A stretch of DNA of 64,000 nt, from assembly GCF_009914755.1 (NCBI RefSeq), contig NC_060929.1. One strand, written 5' to 3'. The stretch is from the human T2T-CHM13v2.0 reference genome, Homo sapiens. The notes beneath the pieces were generated by a model that had not been told where the DNA came from, searched no databases, and saw only the letters and a list, made by a program, of their open reading frames with translations. The translations under genes were made by a program, and so were the position numbers. Positions 40,739-55,427 of this stretch are shown piece by piece (position 1 is the first letter of the stretch; each line of letters opens with the position of its first letter).

Positions 40739-42727
40739 ATAAATTTGAAATAATAGTAATGATATATTGAGTGATTATATCACATTGATAAGCAAAATGA
40801 GTGACAGCAACATCACAAGGGATCAGAGGGAGGAATTGGAACTAATCTATTATAAGATATCTTCATTACCCATGAAACAGAATAATGTTGTTAGATATAG
40901 ACTGATAAAAAATTATGCTCGGGACTCTAGGGCAACTGTTAACAAAATGTTTAAAAGAATCTAATGGATATAATAAAAGAGAACATGAAAAGGTGTTATA
41001 TAAACTGCTAAATTAAGACCAGAGAAGGTAGAAAAAGAAATAACAAACAAATGCAATGAGTAGATGTAATTATATGACTGATATGTATTAGTATATCAAT
41101 AATTACTTTAAGTGTGAATAAACTAAAAACTTCAATTAAATGAATTAAATGACAGAGATTGTCAGAGTGGGTAAAAAAAATTACCCAACTATATTGTCTG
41201 TAAGAATTTCTTTTTAAATATAAAACTTATATCTGTTAAAAGTAAAAGGATGAGGATACATGATGCTAACATGAATCAAAAGAAAGCTGAAATAGCTATA
41301 TTAATTTTAGATAAACCAAACTTCAGAACAAGGAAAACTATTAGGGATAAATAGGGGAATTCCATAATGATAAAGGGGTCAGTTCTCCAAAAAGACATCA
41401 TAATCCTAAATATGTGTGCACCTAATAATGTAACATCAAAATACATGAGCCAAAAGCTGAAAGGACCAAACAGAGAAATATATAAATCCACTCTTATATT
41501 TGGAAACTTCAGCTTCTCTCTGTCAGTACCTTCTAGCTCAAGCAGACAGAAAATCAGTAAGAATATAATTAAACAGCACCATCAATCAACTTTATCTAAC
41601 TGACATTTACAGGATATTCCATTGAACAACAGCAGGATGCTCATTTTATTGAAGCTCACACAGAACAATCACTAACATACACCACACTCAAGGTAATAGA
41701 AATCTTAAATAGATACTCAAGAGACATCTTAAATGTAAAAGAATAGAAACTGTACAAAATATATATTCAAATCACAATGGAGTTAAACTAATCAATAACA
41801 GAAAGATACCTGAAAAATATCCACATATTAGGAGAGTAAAATAAACATTCCCCAAAAAAATGCAAGGGTCAAAGAAGATATCTCAAGAGAAATTATCAAT
41901 TTGTTGGATGCAGCAAAAGCAGTCCTTCAAGAGAAATTTATACCATTAAATACATATATTACAAAAGAAGAAAGATCTAAAGTCAATATCCTAAGCTTAG
42001 GAAACTAGAAAAAGAAAGCAATTTAAACTTGCACCAAGCAGAAGGAAAGAAATAATAAAAATTAGAGCAGAAATCAATATAACTGAAAACATGAAAATAA
42101 AAGAAAACCTAAATCTAATTCTTTGAAAAAAATTAATAAACTTCAAATACCTCTAGCCAAGTTGAGAGAGAGAGGAGGAAGTAACAAATCACTGATATCA
42201 GAAATGAAAGCAGGATTATCACTAGTGATTCCATGGACATTAAAAAGATAATAAAGAAATGTTATGAACAACTCAATGCCTATAAATTCGGTGGTAACTT
42301 AGATGAAGTGGACTGATTATAAAATGGATAAAGTAAATGAATAAACTTTGAAAGATGAAACTATGAAAACTCACACAAAGAAAAACAGATAATCCTAGTA
42401 GGCTCATGTCCATTAAGAAAATTAAATCAATAATTAACTTTCCAAGAAAGCAAGTACCAGCCCAAATGATTTTCACTGGTGAATTCCACCAAACATTTAA
42501 GAAGGAAATAATACCAATTATCTACAATATCTTCCAGAAAATAGAAACAGAGGGAGAACCTACTAGCTCATTCTATGAGCTAGCACTACTCTAATAGCAA
42601 AACCAGATAAAGACATCCCACACAAAAAAACTACAGACCAATATCTATCATAAAAATAGATGCAAAATGCTCAAAAAATCACAGTAAATGAGATTCAATA
42701 ATGTATAAAAATAATTAAACACTACAC

Positions 42728-43015
42728 GCTGGGTGTGGTGGCTCACACCTGTGATACCAGCACTTTGGGAGGCCAAGCAGGCGATCACTTGAGGTTGAGA
42801 GTTTGAGGCCAGCCTGGCCAACATGACGAGACCCAATCTCTACTAAAAATAAAAAAATTAGCTGGGTGTGGTGGTGCATGCCTGTAATTCCAGCTGCTCG
42901 AGAGGCTGAGGCATGAGAATTGCTTGTTGCTTGAACCTGGGAGGAAGAGGTTGCAGATAGCACCACTGCACTCCAGCCTGGGTGACAGAGTAAGACTCTG
43001 TCTCAAAAAAAAAAA
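42728..43015 (+). mobile_element. AluS element
   Basis: Dimeric Alu; TSD aattaaacactac/aattagacaccac. Confidence 0.93.
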
Positions 43016-44223
43016 TTAGACACCACAATCATGTAAAGTTTATTCTGGGTATAAAAGACTGGTTCAACATTCAAAACTTAATCAATATAACCCACCATAT
43101 CAACAAACTAAAGAAAGAAAATAATATCATCAAACCAATTGATGAAGGAAAAGTATTTTACAAAATCCAAGTCATTCACAATAAAAGCTCATAGCAAAGT
43201 AGAAATAGAAGGAAATTTTCTTAATAAAAATATACCTATAGAAATTTATGACAAATATCATAATTATGAAAAACTGTATATTTTTCTCCAATATTATGAA
43301 TAAGAACACAAATGTTCTCTCTCACCACTCCTACTTAATATGGAGCTGAAATTTCTACCTAGTGCAATAAGAAAAGAAAGAAAAATAAAAGGTATGTAGA
43401 TTGGAAAAGAAAAACTAAAACTGTCTTTTTCGCAGATGACATTATTGTCTATGTAGAAAATCCCAGCAAATCATTAAAAGTATCTTGGAACTAGCAAGAG
43501 ATTTTAGCAATTTCATGTGATACAAGGTTAATACACAAAAGTCAGTTGTTTCCTGTATACCAGCAATAAACAAATGGAAAATGATTTTTTTCAAAAAATG
43601 CCTTTTACAATGGTAACAAAGAAAAAAGAGATATAAATCTAACAAGATATGTACAAGATCTATATACTGAAAACCATAAAAATCTGATGAATGAAATCAA
43701 GTTCTAAATAAATGGGGAGATATTCCATATTCATGGATGGGAAGACTCAATATGATTAAGATATCAATTCTTCCCAACTTGTTCTATAGATTCAACATGA
43801 TCCCAATCAAAATTTCCCCAAGAATTTTTGATATTTTATAAATATTGACAAACTGATTCTAAAGTTTATATATAAAGGCAAATGACAGAAAATAGCCAAT
43901 ACAATACTAAAGAAGAGAGACCAAGTTGGAGACTTGCTATAAAGCTGCAGTAATAAAGGTTGTGGTTTTGTCAAAAGAAAAGATGAATGGGTAAATGGAA
44001 CTGAAGAGAGAGCCAAGAGAAAGAGCTGCACTAACACTGAACTTTGACAAAGGAGCAAAGACAATTCAATAAATAAAGGACAGTCTATTCCACAAACAGT
44101 ACTGGAATGATTTAATGTCCATATGCAAAAAAAGTGAATATAGACGCATATCTTAAACCTTTCAAAATTATTATCTCAAAATGAATCATAGATCTAAATG
44201 CAAATGCAAAGTCAATAGGGGAT

Positions 44224-44808
44224 TGTTATGGGAAGTCAGGGACCCCAAATGGAGGGACTGGCTGGAGCCACGGCAGAGGAACATAAATTGTGAAGATTTC
44301 ATCTTAATATGGACATTTATCAGTTCCCAAATATTACTTTTATAATTTCTTATGCCTGTCTTTACTTTAATCTCTTAATCCTGTTATCTTCATACTCTGA
44401 GGATGTATGTCACCTCAGGACTACCGTGATAATTGTGTTAACTGTACAAATTGATTGTAAAACATGTGTGTTTGAACAATATGAAATCAGTGCACCTTGA
44501 AAAAGAACAGAATAACAGGGATTTTTATGGAACAAGGGAAGACAACCATAAGGTCTGACTACCTGCGGGGTCGGGCAAAAACAGCCATATTTTTCTTCTT
44601 GCAGAGAGCCTATAAACAGACATACAAGTAGGAAAGATATCACCAAACTATTTTCTTAGCAAGTAATATTAATATTAATACCTTGGGAAAGGAATGTGTT
44701 CCTGGGGGGAGGTCTATAAATGGCCGTTCTGGGAATGTCTGTCTTGTGCAGTTGAGATAAGGACTGAGATACACCCTGGTCTCCTGCAGAACCTCAGGCT
44801 TACTAGGG
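44224..44808 (+). mobile_element. MER11 (HERV-K HML8) LTR, 3'-truncated
   Basis: tgttatgggaagtcagggaccccaaatggagggactggctggagcc...aacataaattgtgaagatttcatc matches the MER11 start; ends abruptly at ttactaggg. Confidence 0.9.
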
Positions 44809-46018
44809 ACAACAATAATGAGAAATCCCTACACACCTATTAGAATAGGCAAAACCCCGAGTGCTGACAACACCAAATGCTGTTCAGGACGTGGAGCAAC
44901 ATGGACACTCATTCATTGCTAGTGGGCATGCAAAATGCTACAGCCACTTTGAAAGACAGTTTGGCAGTTTCTTACAAAGCTGGCCATGGTCTTTCCATAT
45001 ACTCCAACTAGATATTCACCCAACTGATTTGAAAGGTATCTCCATACAAAAGCCTGCCTGCAGATGTATCTATAGCAGCTCTATTCATAACAACCAAAAA
45101 CAGAAAGCAACCCAGGTGTCCTTCAATAGGTGAATTGATAAACTGTGGTACATCCACACGGTGAAACATTATTCAGTGTTAAAAGGAAATCAGCTAACAA
45201 GACATGAAAAAACATAAATGAACCATCTAAGCATATTAATAAATAAATGATTCCAATTATATAATATTGTGTTAAAGGTATAACATAGATAGTAAAAACA
45301 AAAATCAGTGTTTGCTAGGGGTTGGGGCAGGGTTGAATGGGTAAAATACAGGATAATTTTTAGGGTGGTGAAACTATTTTGTATAATAATGTAATGATGG
45401 ATATTAACGATACACATTTGTCAAAATCTATAGAACTTTATGCCACAAAAAGGTGATTATAATGTATGCAAATTTAAATAACTCATTTAGAAGGTCAAGG
45501 TATTCCAAGATGGAATACATACTATAACAAAACAACCTATGTTATACATGTTTTAAGCAATTTGTAAAGGAGGTGAAGGAAAATGATGCTGATCCAGGTA
45601 ACTTCAGAAATGAGTGAGTCTTCAGAATAAGACTAAAGAAACTAGTTGATAAAGTTATTTCCCATGGGGTTACAGGTTAACAATTCTTATACCTCTCTGT
45701 ATAGTGGAGTCCAATAATTAAATAAATAGATGGCAGATGGTAGGGGTCAGCTTTCTCACAGTCGAGTGGGAGTTAACAGATAAGCAATGGAAGGAGGCTG
45801 GAATAATCCATTTGGTAATGGATTAGAGTTAGAGACACCAGTATGAATTTATGTTTAGCTTAATATAGATACAGAAAGCTACACATTAAAAAATTGATAA
45901 ATATTGTGTATTTACACAGGTTAGTATACATATATATTTCCCTGATCTGTCAGCTGAGAGGGCCTAAAAGCAATGACATCCCAGCAGCAATGAGCATAAC
46001 AACGGCCCAGGTCCTGGT

Positions 46019-46308
46019 TTCTTTTCTTTTTCTTTTTTTTTTCCAGCCGCCCAGGCTGGAGTGTAGTGGCATGATATCGACTCACTGCAACCTCTGCCTC
46101 TCGGTTTCAAGTGATTCTCCTGCCTCAGCCTCCTGAGTAGCTGGGATTACAGACATGGACCACCTTGCCTAGCTAATTTTTCTATTTTTAGTGGAGAAAA
46201 GGTTTCGCCAAGTTGGCCAGGCTGGTCTTGAACCCCTGACCTCAGGTGACCCACCAGGCTCGGCCTCCCAAAGTGCTGGGATTACAGGCATGAGCCACCA
46301 TGCCCAGC
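46019..46308 (-). mobile_element. AluS element (tail-proximal part shortened)
   Basis: cgcccaggctggagtgtagtggc...cccaaagtgctgggattacaggc; TSD cccaggtcctggtttc/cccagacctcggtttc. Confidence 0.9.
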
Positions 46309-47046
46309 CCCAGACCTCGGTTTCTAATGCCATTCAATTAAAGGAACCAGGGGTCATTGGAGAAATGGCTGACTACAGGACTAAGGCAGGGAATATACAA
46401 ACTAAGCCTGGAAAAGCTTATAATTTCAAAAAGTAGAAATTATTAAAAAAAAAAAAACACACACACACAGAGAATGATTATGGTATGTAACAGGGACACA
46501 TAAACAAACTGAAAGATCTCCCAATGGCTAAAGCTGGAACAATTTGAGCAACAACAACAAAAAATAAAGTAGTGTTGGATTATATCCCAAAGTACTAAAT
46601 AAATATCCACAAGATCCTACTGATAAAAATAAATGATTGAATAAATAAATGGGGAAGAATGGGCAGATTTCCCAGGCAAAAGTTTCCAAGTAATTTTTGT
46701 AAATATTCTTCCCTCAAGTGGGTGGGACATGATTCCTCCCTCGCTGGGTGTGGGCTATGCTTATTGGTTTCCTTCCGAAGGGTGCAGCAGGGAAAGGGGA
46801 GGGGCAACGAGTGACGTCACAGTGAGGAAAGTGAAGCTCCAGCCCCGCCAGGTGCTCAAGTCACCATCACAGTGATAAGCCTTGATAGGATGTGATGAAA
46901 ATGGCACGTTACCTCTGTCATCGTCCTCCCCCAAACACAGGACCCAGTCACATAAATCTCGATAGTGGGGTTTCCTGTAATTTACCTGACTAGCACTCCT
47001 CAAAGCCATCAAGGTTATCAAAAATAAGAAAAGTCTGAGAAATCTT

Positions 47047-47146
47047 GGCTGAGTGCGGTGGCTCACACCTGTAATCCCAGCACTTTGGGAGGCTGAGGTG
47101 GGTGGATCACCTGAGGTCAAGAGTTCGAGACCATCCTGGACAACAT
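47047..47146 (+). mobile_element. 3'-truncated Alu left arm
   Basis: ggctgagtgcggtggctcac...gaccatcctggacaacat then non-Alu sequence. Confidence 0.9.
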
Positions 47147-48425
47147 TCAGCATACTTCATGGTGTCTGTCTGTCTCCACCACAGGCTGCAAAGTCCTTGA
47201 GGACAGAGCTGTTTTCTATTCCTCAATGCGTTCGGAACACAGCTGTAAACACATAGCATCTCAAAACTAATTTTTGAATGAATAAATGAAATCTAAACCT
47301 CAGAGATTAAAAACAGGTACCAAGAATTAATCAGGCCAAATATTTCTAAAAGGATGGGAAAATCACTGGCATTGTGAATACTAAACTCCATCAGCATGCT
47401 AACTATTTTCCAAATAGCACAAAATTCTGTTCTCTGTCTTTGACCCTGCCTTGATTGAGTTGCCCTGATTGCTTACATTCTCACGCACTGCCTGCGAAAT
47501 GGTCACAGCTCCACAACTCATAAAGGGTTTCAAATTTTCTGCATGATAACATCAGAATTGCTAGTTGACAAAGGAAACAAGTCAATTAATTGATGGCTTA
47601 CTATACAACTTTCTCTTTCTCGCCCACACACACTCACAAAGAAGCTTGGTATAGCAGACAGTGTACAGGAGCTGGGTTCAGAAAACCAGGTTGGAATTCT
47701 GATCTTGCCATTTTCCAGCCACGTGGCTTTGATCCCATCATGAGGCAGTGGGGCCATGGAAAGGGCATATAGCTATGAGTCTGAATCTCAACTGGCCCCG
47801 TTATTCCTTAGCAGAGGGACTGTGGGCAAGTTACACTCTTTGAGAATCTGATTCCTCATCCCCAAAAGGAGAGTGAGGAGCTTCATCTATTCCTCAGCTC
47901 CTTCATAATATCACTGGGAGAGGCAAATGAGAACATGCATGGAAAAAACTTTGTAAATGGCAAAGTGTTGTACAGACTGGTGTTCCTCAAACACTTCCCC
48001 AATAGGGGCCCCACCTGGAAAATATCCTGGTCAAATAAACATGGGAAATGCTTTCGATGCTTTCCCTCTTGCACATTACAAAGTGAATTCCCATATTAAA
48101 GGCTCTGGGATCGTTTGTAATTAACAGATAAAATAAACACCTGTTTAACTGCATCAGCTACGATGTTTCCCAAACTTCTTTGTACGGGAAAACATGTGAG
48201 TTTTTGTGTATTTGTGTCTGTACACTTTTCAAATATGGGTACCAAACAGCATACTTTGGGAAACATCCCCATAAAGCAATCCAAGGGGAGTGTCTGCCAT
48301 CCCAGGTGTTATTGAATTAGTGCATTTGGTAAGCTCTTCCTATGGAATATCAAAGATCCGCTCCTCGAAATCATATTGTTTGTTGAGTGATCCCTCTGTC
48401 TACTGAGTGATTACCGTGCTAAGAG

Positions 48426-49026
<601 letters not shown>

Positions 49027-49689
49027 AACTAGGAGCTTTTGAGATGACATTATGTTAAAACCTCACCTTGTTCTATGAGACAAGGATATCAGCCCCTCTT
49101 TCACTGTTGGTGAAGCTGAGTCTCAGAGAAGGGGAGGGCTTGTACCCTCTGACATGCAGCTGGTCAATGGCAGAGCTGGAATATAAAGTCAGGGGTGTCT
49201 CGCTCCTAAACCAAATACATTCTCTACTTAATCTACGTAAGAACACAAAATACTATGCTCTTTTAATGAGACTATGTTCTTTGAATATGGTTATTCTGTG
49301 TTCATATTAAACTTTACAGCTCTTCAGATGTTTGGACCAGAAGGCTAGTGGATTCGCTAGTACTCATGTCCCTTGACAGGCAAAGACCTCCAGCTTTTGC
49401 ATACATACAGATCTGCAAAAATGCCAAAAGCTCTGCTCAGCTTCTTTTCACCTCAGCCTGCTGTCACTTACATCTCAGGCAATGCTGTGAGTGCAAAAGA
49501 GGGAGCCCTGAAGTTAAAATCAGGAGAAAGTGTAAAACGGAAAGAGACCAGGCCTCACAAAGGCTAAAATTCAGCTTGTAATCAGCTCATTCTCAGATCG
49601 AATTGAGAAGATCTTTACCAGAAGCAAAATGTCAGATAATCTGAGGCTTTAGGTAATATTTTTTTCCTGCTCTGGAAGATTATCTGATA

Positions 49690-50490
49690 TTTTTTCACAC
49701 AAATTGCCTGACATTTTATCAAAACTTAACAAGCATTCCAGAAAAAAAAAAAAGAACAAGTGGCCAGAAAGCAAGCAAGCAAACAAACAAATAAATAAAA
49801 CCCACAGATAGCAGAAAGAGAGCCACAGCACATTTATATATTGAGATAATCAGACATGGACATTCGTTGTGCACATGTACCCTAAAACTTAAAGTATAAT
49901 AATAATAAAATTTAAAAAAAATTATTGTGATTGATATTTTCAAGTAAAGATATGACAAGTTGATGGTTTTTACTAGAGACCTGAAATTTAAACAAAATGG
50001 AAAGTCTAGAAGTGAAAAATATTGTATTAAAATTAATAACTCAATGAATTCATTATCAGCAGATTAGATGCTGCTGAAGAGAAGATTAGTGATCAAGAAG
50101 ACAGGTCAGTAAAAAATAACCAGACTTAAGCATGAAGAGAAAAGCATGAGAAATATAGAAAAGGACACAGGAGACACAAGCGATGAGACATGGTTCAAGA
50201 ACTCAATGGATGTCATTAGAGGACCAGAAGGAAAGGAGAGACAGAATGAAGCAAAGGCAACATTGAAAAGGCAACAGCCAAGAATCTTCCAAAATTGATG
50301 AAAACTACAGATTCAAGAAGTACTCCAAACCCTAAGGGAAGAAAAACAAACAATACAAACAAAAAACCTGGGCAACCATAATCAGGCCATTGAAAACCAA
50401 AGACAGAAAGAATCTTCTAAGTTGACAGAGAGAGAGTAAAAGGAACAATACCTCCAAAGGAGCAGCAATAAGACAACTGAATGAGAAAAT
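49690..50490 (+). mobile_element. Old L1M ORF1 relic
   Basis: cagcagattagatgctgctgaagagaagattagtga...cagattcaagaag...gaaaaccaaagac. Confidence 0.7.
49865..49921 (+). mobile_element. Ultra-short L1PA 3' terminus (about 55 bp)
   Basis: cgttgtgcacatgtaccctaaaacttaaagtataataataataaaa. Confidence 0.9.
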
Positions 50491-51229
50491 TTACTTAATG
50501 TCTCCTTAATGATCTTCTCTGACTCCATTCCCCTTTACCCCGGGGAGAAAACCACTATCCTGAAGTTCTTGGGTATCCCATCCATCCGTGAGGCTCTACC
50601 TTGACTTCACAGGTGAATATTCATAAGCAACATAAAATACGTAGTGTTTTGCCTGTTTATAGAATTTAAATATATGGTACACTAAGTGAATATTCTATTT
50701 TTCTTTTTATAATTGTGTTTAATTTTTCATTGTGTAAAAATTGTATGATTATATAAATGGATTCATTCCACTATTGATGAAATTATTAAATTAATATTTA
50801 ATAATCTAACATTTAATTAAATATTAGATTGTTTTTTATCTTTTATTGTTACATATTTGATAACACCTGCTTCTTTATATATATATATAATTTAGCTAAT
50901 GCAGTGTCTCCAAAGTGGGGCACGTACATTCCAAGGAGATTGTATGACAATCCATATAGTTACAGTAAGAAAATGCTAGAAATTCTATTCGTATTTCTTA
51001 AAGACATCCGTTAAAAGTTTTCAACTTATATGTCTTTAATGATATTCATACATATGTAAGAATAGTGACATGCTGATAATTTATACATAAAAAATACTTA
51101 TAGTAAGGGTACATGCTAAAAATTTTCAGCTGATGAGATATATGACCAAGAAATCTAGAAAACACTTCTCTAAATAATACAGCTAGAGATGCAATTTCTG
51201 AGAATTTGTACCCTCAGTTTTATTAGATA

Positions 51230-51460
51230 CAGTAGTCCCCAATTATTCATGGTTTTGCTTCCCACAGTTTCAGTTGCCTGTGGTCAGCAATGGTCGGAGG
51301 TGACTACAGTACAATATGATGTTTTGAGAGAGGTAAGAGAAAGAGGACACATTCACATAACTCTTATTACAGTATATTGTTATAATTGCTCTATTTTATT
51401 ATTAATTATTGTTGTTAACCTCTTACTGTGCCTAACTGATAAATTAGACTTTATAGGTAT
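51230..51460. mobile_element. MER44/Tigger7-type fragment
   Basis: ta+cagtagtccccaattattcatggttttgcttccc...cacattcacataactcttattacagtatattg. Confidence 0.75.
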
Positions 51461-54400
51461 GATAGTTTTGTCATCAACATGCTATCAACATAAAGTCCTT
51501 CACATGTGCATTTTAAGTCATGTAAAATATTAGAACCCACTGGCACAGATCAAATTCTTAGACAAATTAGCATTATTATTATTTTTAAGTGCATTTAATT
51601 CTCAAAGAGCACCGTTCCATTCATGCTCCCCAAGCCCATCACCAATATTTCTAAGTGTGCTTAACATTTTTTTCTGGAAACTGAAATATCGCTGCACAAA
51701 GCAGCAGCTGTCATATCAAAATATTTCAGTGATGTGATAATTTGTATTTAAAATTCCCTAGGATACAGTGAAGAAGTCACAAAAATCTAAAGTCAGATGG
51801 AGAAAGGGAAGCAAGAGATCTCAGAGCCCCAGGAGTCATGACTGCCAGAGTTCTACTAGGACCCCTGGAAGGGGTTCATGCAGGACGCGTGTAGTATGCA
51901 AAGCCCCTGGTTTCTTGTTGGCGGAGAAAACTCAGTGCATGGATGACTGTAATTTAGTTAACTGAGCACTTGAACGCTGTTAAAAATACCCAAAATACTT
52001 GGATATTTCAGGTACTCATTTGAATTATAACCATATTGTGCAATGAATGTTTATGTAACTAATGTTAATTGACCACCTGCTATGTATCAGGAAACATCCT
52101 GGGTGCTGTGAGTAAATGACAATTCCATCAATATAGCTGACATTTATTAAGCATTTACTATATGCCAAGATCTTTAAGTGCATTTCTTGCACCTCTATCA
52201 TCTCCTTATGAAGTTCCTAATTCAATTATACTCATTTTATAAACGTGAAATCTGAAGGTAAAGCCTAGTATAAATACCTGGTAGAGGTTGCACAGCTAAT
52301 ATGCACTGGAGCTGGGATGTGAACCAAACAAAGCCTTCTGGATTCCAGAGCTTTCCAACCACAAGACTTTATGTTGTCCTAGGAAGATGGGTACAACATG
52401 GCCCCAACCATCACAGAACTTGCAGCCTAGTTAGAGACAGACATACAAACTCATACCGTAAAAATTACAAAATGCAGACAAATGAGGTGGCTGGGGGATA
52501 AGTGAGGAGACAGACAGGGCATTTGACCTGGTCCTTGAAAAGAGTAGGAATTTGAGGGATGGAAGAAAAAAGGAAGCATATTCCACACAAAGGAAATAGT
52601 ACTGCAAAGGCACATGGCTGTGAAGGAGTGCATGCAGTTGGAGAACAGGCTATATCCATGCAAACAGAAAATAGTGCAAGGAGGAATTAAGTAAGAAATA
52701 GCTCTAGGAAGGTCAGCGAGCCAGTTCGTGGAGGACTTTGAATGTCAAGCTAAAGAGCTCCAAATTCCTACCATTGGCCATGGAGAGCCATGAATACATT
52801 TGAAAAGGAATATAATATGCTTTGCTTTAATCTACACATAGATTTTGTCAGAATTCCTGCCCTGCTCTCTGGGCACACATCAAAGAATGCCTTCCTCCCA
52901 TAGATATGTTCCAGTTTCAGGCTGACACTATCATCTGAAGTCCCAAGGATTTGAACAGCCTTGAGAAATAGAAGTAGGTCCCCAAGCAGCCACCCTCAGT
53001 TCACACTCCTGGAAACCTAGAGTGCTTGTGTAAATGGCTGTCTGCTGCAAAGGTGAGGTCAGGAATCCACAGCTGATGTGGGGACCGAATCCTTCGGTTT
53101 CTGAAGTAAATGCAGAGAACTCCTAAGAGGAGCCAGCCTAATGCTCACACTGGAGTTTCAGGCCTAATTTTAGGGACATCAAACTTGGGACAAGTCCTTT
53201 GATCGACCTCACGTGTCATACTCCACGAGTATGCCACCACATGAGACTATTTCAGGCCTGAAAGAGAATTCTTCTGGGGAAAAGGAAATTTTTAGATTTC
53301 TCATAAACAGCTAACTTTTATAAGGAGACATGAGGAGCTAAAATTAAACTGCCTCAATTATTTGGCTTCTAGACTGACTTATGAAACTCACAGAGGACTT
53401 TGTGCAAATGACTTAACAGCCATAGGAAAGAGTCTTTGCAAATCTCTGCAGGCGGTAACAGCCTGGGCAGATCATGTAGGCCTTCCAGCCCCAGAGCTAC
53501 GGGGCTGGAATTTGGCCCAGGTGGGTAGGCCTTTGGGCGAGGCAGCTAAAGGAAATTAACTGGAATCTGATTTCTGAAGAAGAGGTTATCTCTGTGCTCT
53601 CCCGGTGGGAGATACAATTTCCTCCACAGTCAAGATCCAGCCTTGCTTCTTTGCAGGGATACTGGCCCTTACTTCTTCCTCATTGCCCTGCAGTTTCTTT
53701 CTACTCAGGTATTGTCAGACACACGAGAGAAATTATTAAGAGGGAGCCCACTTTGCACAAGATATATGCAAGGGTTCAACCCATGCCTGGTTGCAGTATC
53801 CCCTAATTAAAAACAACCTAAATGTCCATCAACTGGAAAAAAGAATATATAATGCATATTAAAATCGAGGGTGCACAGGTGCATGGATACATTTCAAAAA
53901 CATAATGTTGAATTACAGTAAATTTCAAAATGATTCCTAGACTTTGGTACTATTTTCTTAATAATATATGTTAGTTGTGGGTTCCTACTAAAGGAGCAAA
54001 AGTACAAAAACACACATGGGAAGCATATATGCTCACTTCTGTTTCAACATATTCTCTTGGAGGAAGGGTAGAAAGCAAATGAATGGGGTACTAAGGGACT
54101 TCAACTCTATCTGTGGATGTTTTATTTGAGAAATATTTTGACAAGATCTGAAAGGAATGAGGTGATATTGAGATTTGACAAAGCTGAGTGGTGAGTACAC
54201 AAATATTAGTCTCTGTACTCTTCATGTTAGAAAAACTTTACTAAAAGTAATTTTTAAAAAGAGGTGATTGGCCTCTTTTTCCTGCTGAGGGTCAGAGGTT
54301 AAGCAATGCATGTGAATTAGGCTAAGAATTGCCTATTGATCAAGCTCAATATGAAGTCTGGACTCTGATGTTGTTTCAGCAACTCAGGGATGTGAGAACC

Positions 54401-54949
54401 TGGGGCTGGCTTCTTGGTGATTCTCTTGGTATCAGCTGTGGCCATGGCTGCTCCCAGTACCACAGCCACATCCTCATACAACAATGGCCCCAATCACCCC
54501 TGAGGAGAGTGTGCCAGGAAAAGAATGAACACTGTCTTTTTATTGGGCAGCAAGGTCTTTCCCAGAATCCTCTAGCAGAGCTACCATTGGCTGGAACTGG
54601 ATCCCATGATCACCTTTCCTTCCAAGGAGGCTGGGAAATTAAATATCTTACAGCTGGACCATGGGGTCAGCACAGGCTTTGTAAGAAGGTAGAAAGGGAA
54701 AGCAAGACATTTCTGGTAGAGAACCAAGAGCGTATGCCACACAAGGGAAGAGGGTGGGCTGGTGAAGGGCTGAGATTCCTGAGGAGCAGGTCCCCAGTGG
54801 TATGAGTGTAAGAGGTCATCACAACCAATGGAGCCCAGAGAGAAAAACTGAGCTAATAGTTGTGTGTGGTAGAGCAGAAAAAACAGTGGTCATAGGCATT
54901 GCAATTTCATGGACCAATGCTTTAAAAAAAAATGGTAAGGGCTGGCAAC

Positions 54950-55315
54950 TACTGTGGTCTGAATGTTGGTATCTCCCTCAAATGCATATGTTGAAACCCT
55001 AACCCCCAAAGTGATGGTATTAGGAGATGGGGCCTTTGGGAGATGATTGGACTGTGAGGGTGGAGCCCTCATCAATGGGACTGGTGCTCTCATAAAAGAG
55101 GCCTGAGAGGGACTCCTTGGCCCTTCCACTAAGTGGAGACCCAACGAGAAGCTGCTCTTTATGAGCCACAGAGCAGGCTCTCGCCAGACACCAAATTTGC
55201 TGGTGTCTTGATCTTGGACTTCCCAGACTCCAAAACTGTGAGAAATAAACTTACGTTTTTCATGAGCCACCCAGTCTATACTATTTTGTTATAGTAGGCC
55301 AAAAAGACTAAGACA
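54950..55315 (+). mobile_element. MaLR LTR (MLT1A0-like)
   Basis: tgtggtctgaatgtt...catatgttgaaaccctaacccccaaagtgatggtattagg...gactaagaca. Confidence 0.88.
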
Positions 55316-55427
55316 GGTACTATGGGGGTGGGGGATACCAAGTGAAAGTATTAACAGAACAAAAAAAATCTATCTATACATCTTTGCTAGGAAGAAAGGA
55401 TATTTTCTACATTAACACATTAGGTAG

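Larger units (their letters stand above)
37830..47045 (+). mobile_element. Long, heavily interrupted old L1 (L1MC/L1MD-like): 5' region, ORF1, ORF2, 3'UTR
   Basis: ORF1 relics 39200-40300, ORF2 relics 41090-44215 (ttcgcagatgacatt FADD at about 43429), ORF2 end and long 3'UTR 44810-47045. Confidence 0.8.

Noticed and set aside
54329-54805. 158-aa ORF
   Set aside because: Non-ATG start, overlaps a probable old MaLR relic, no recognisable domain or exon structure
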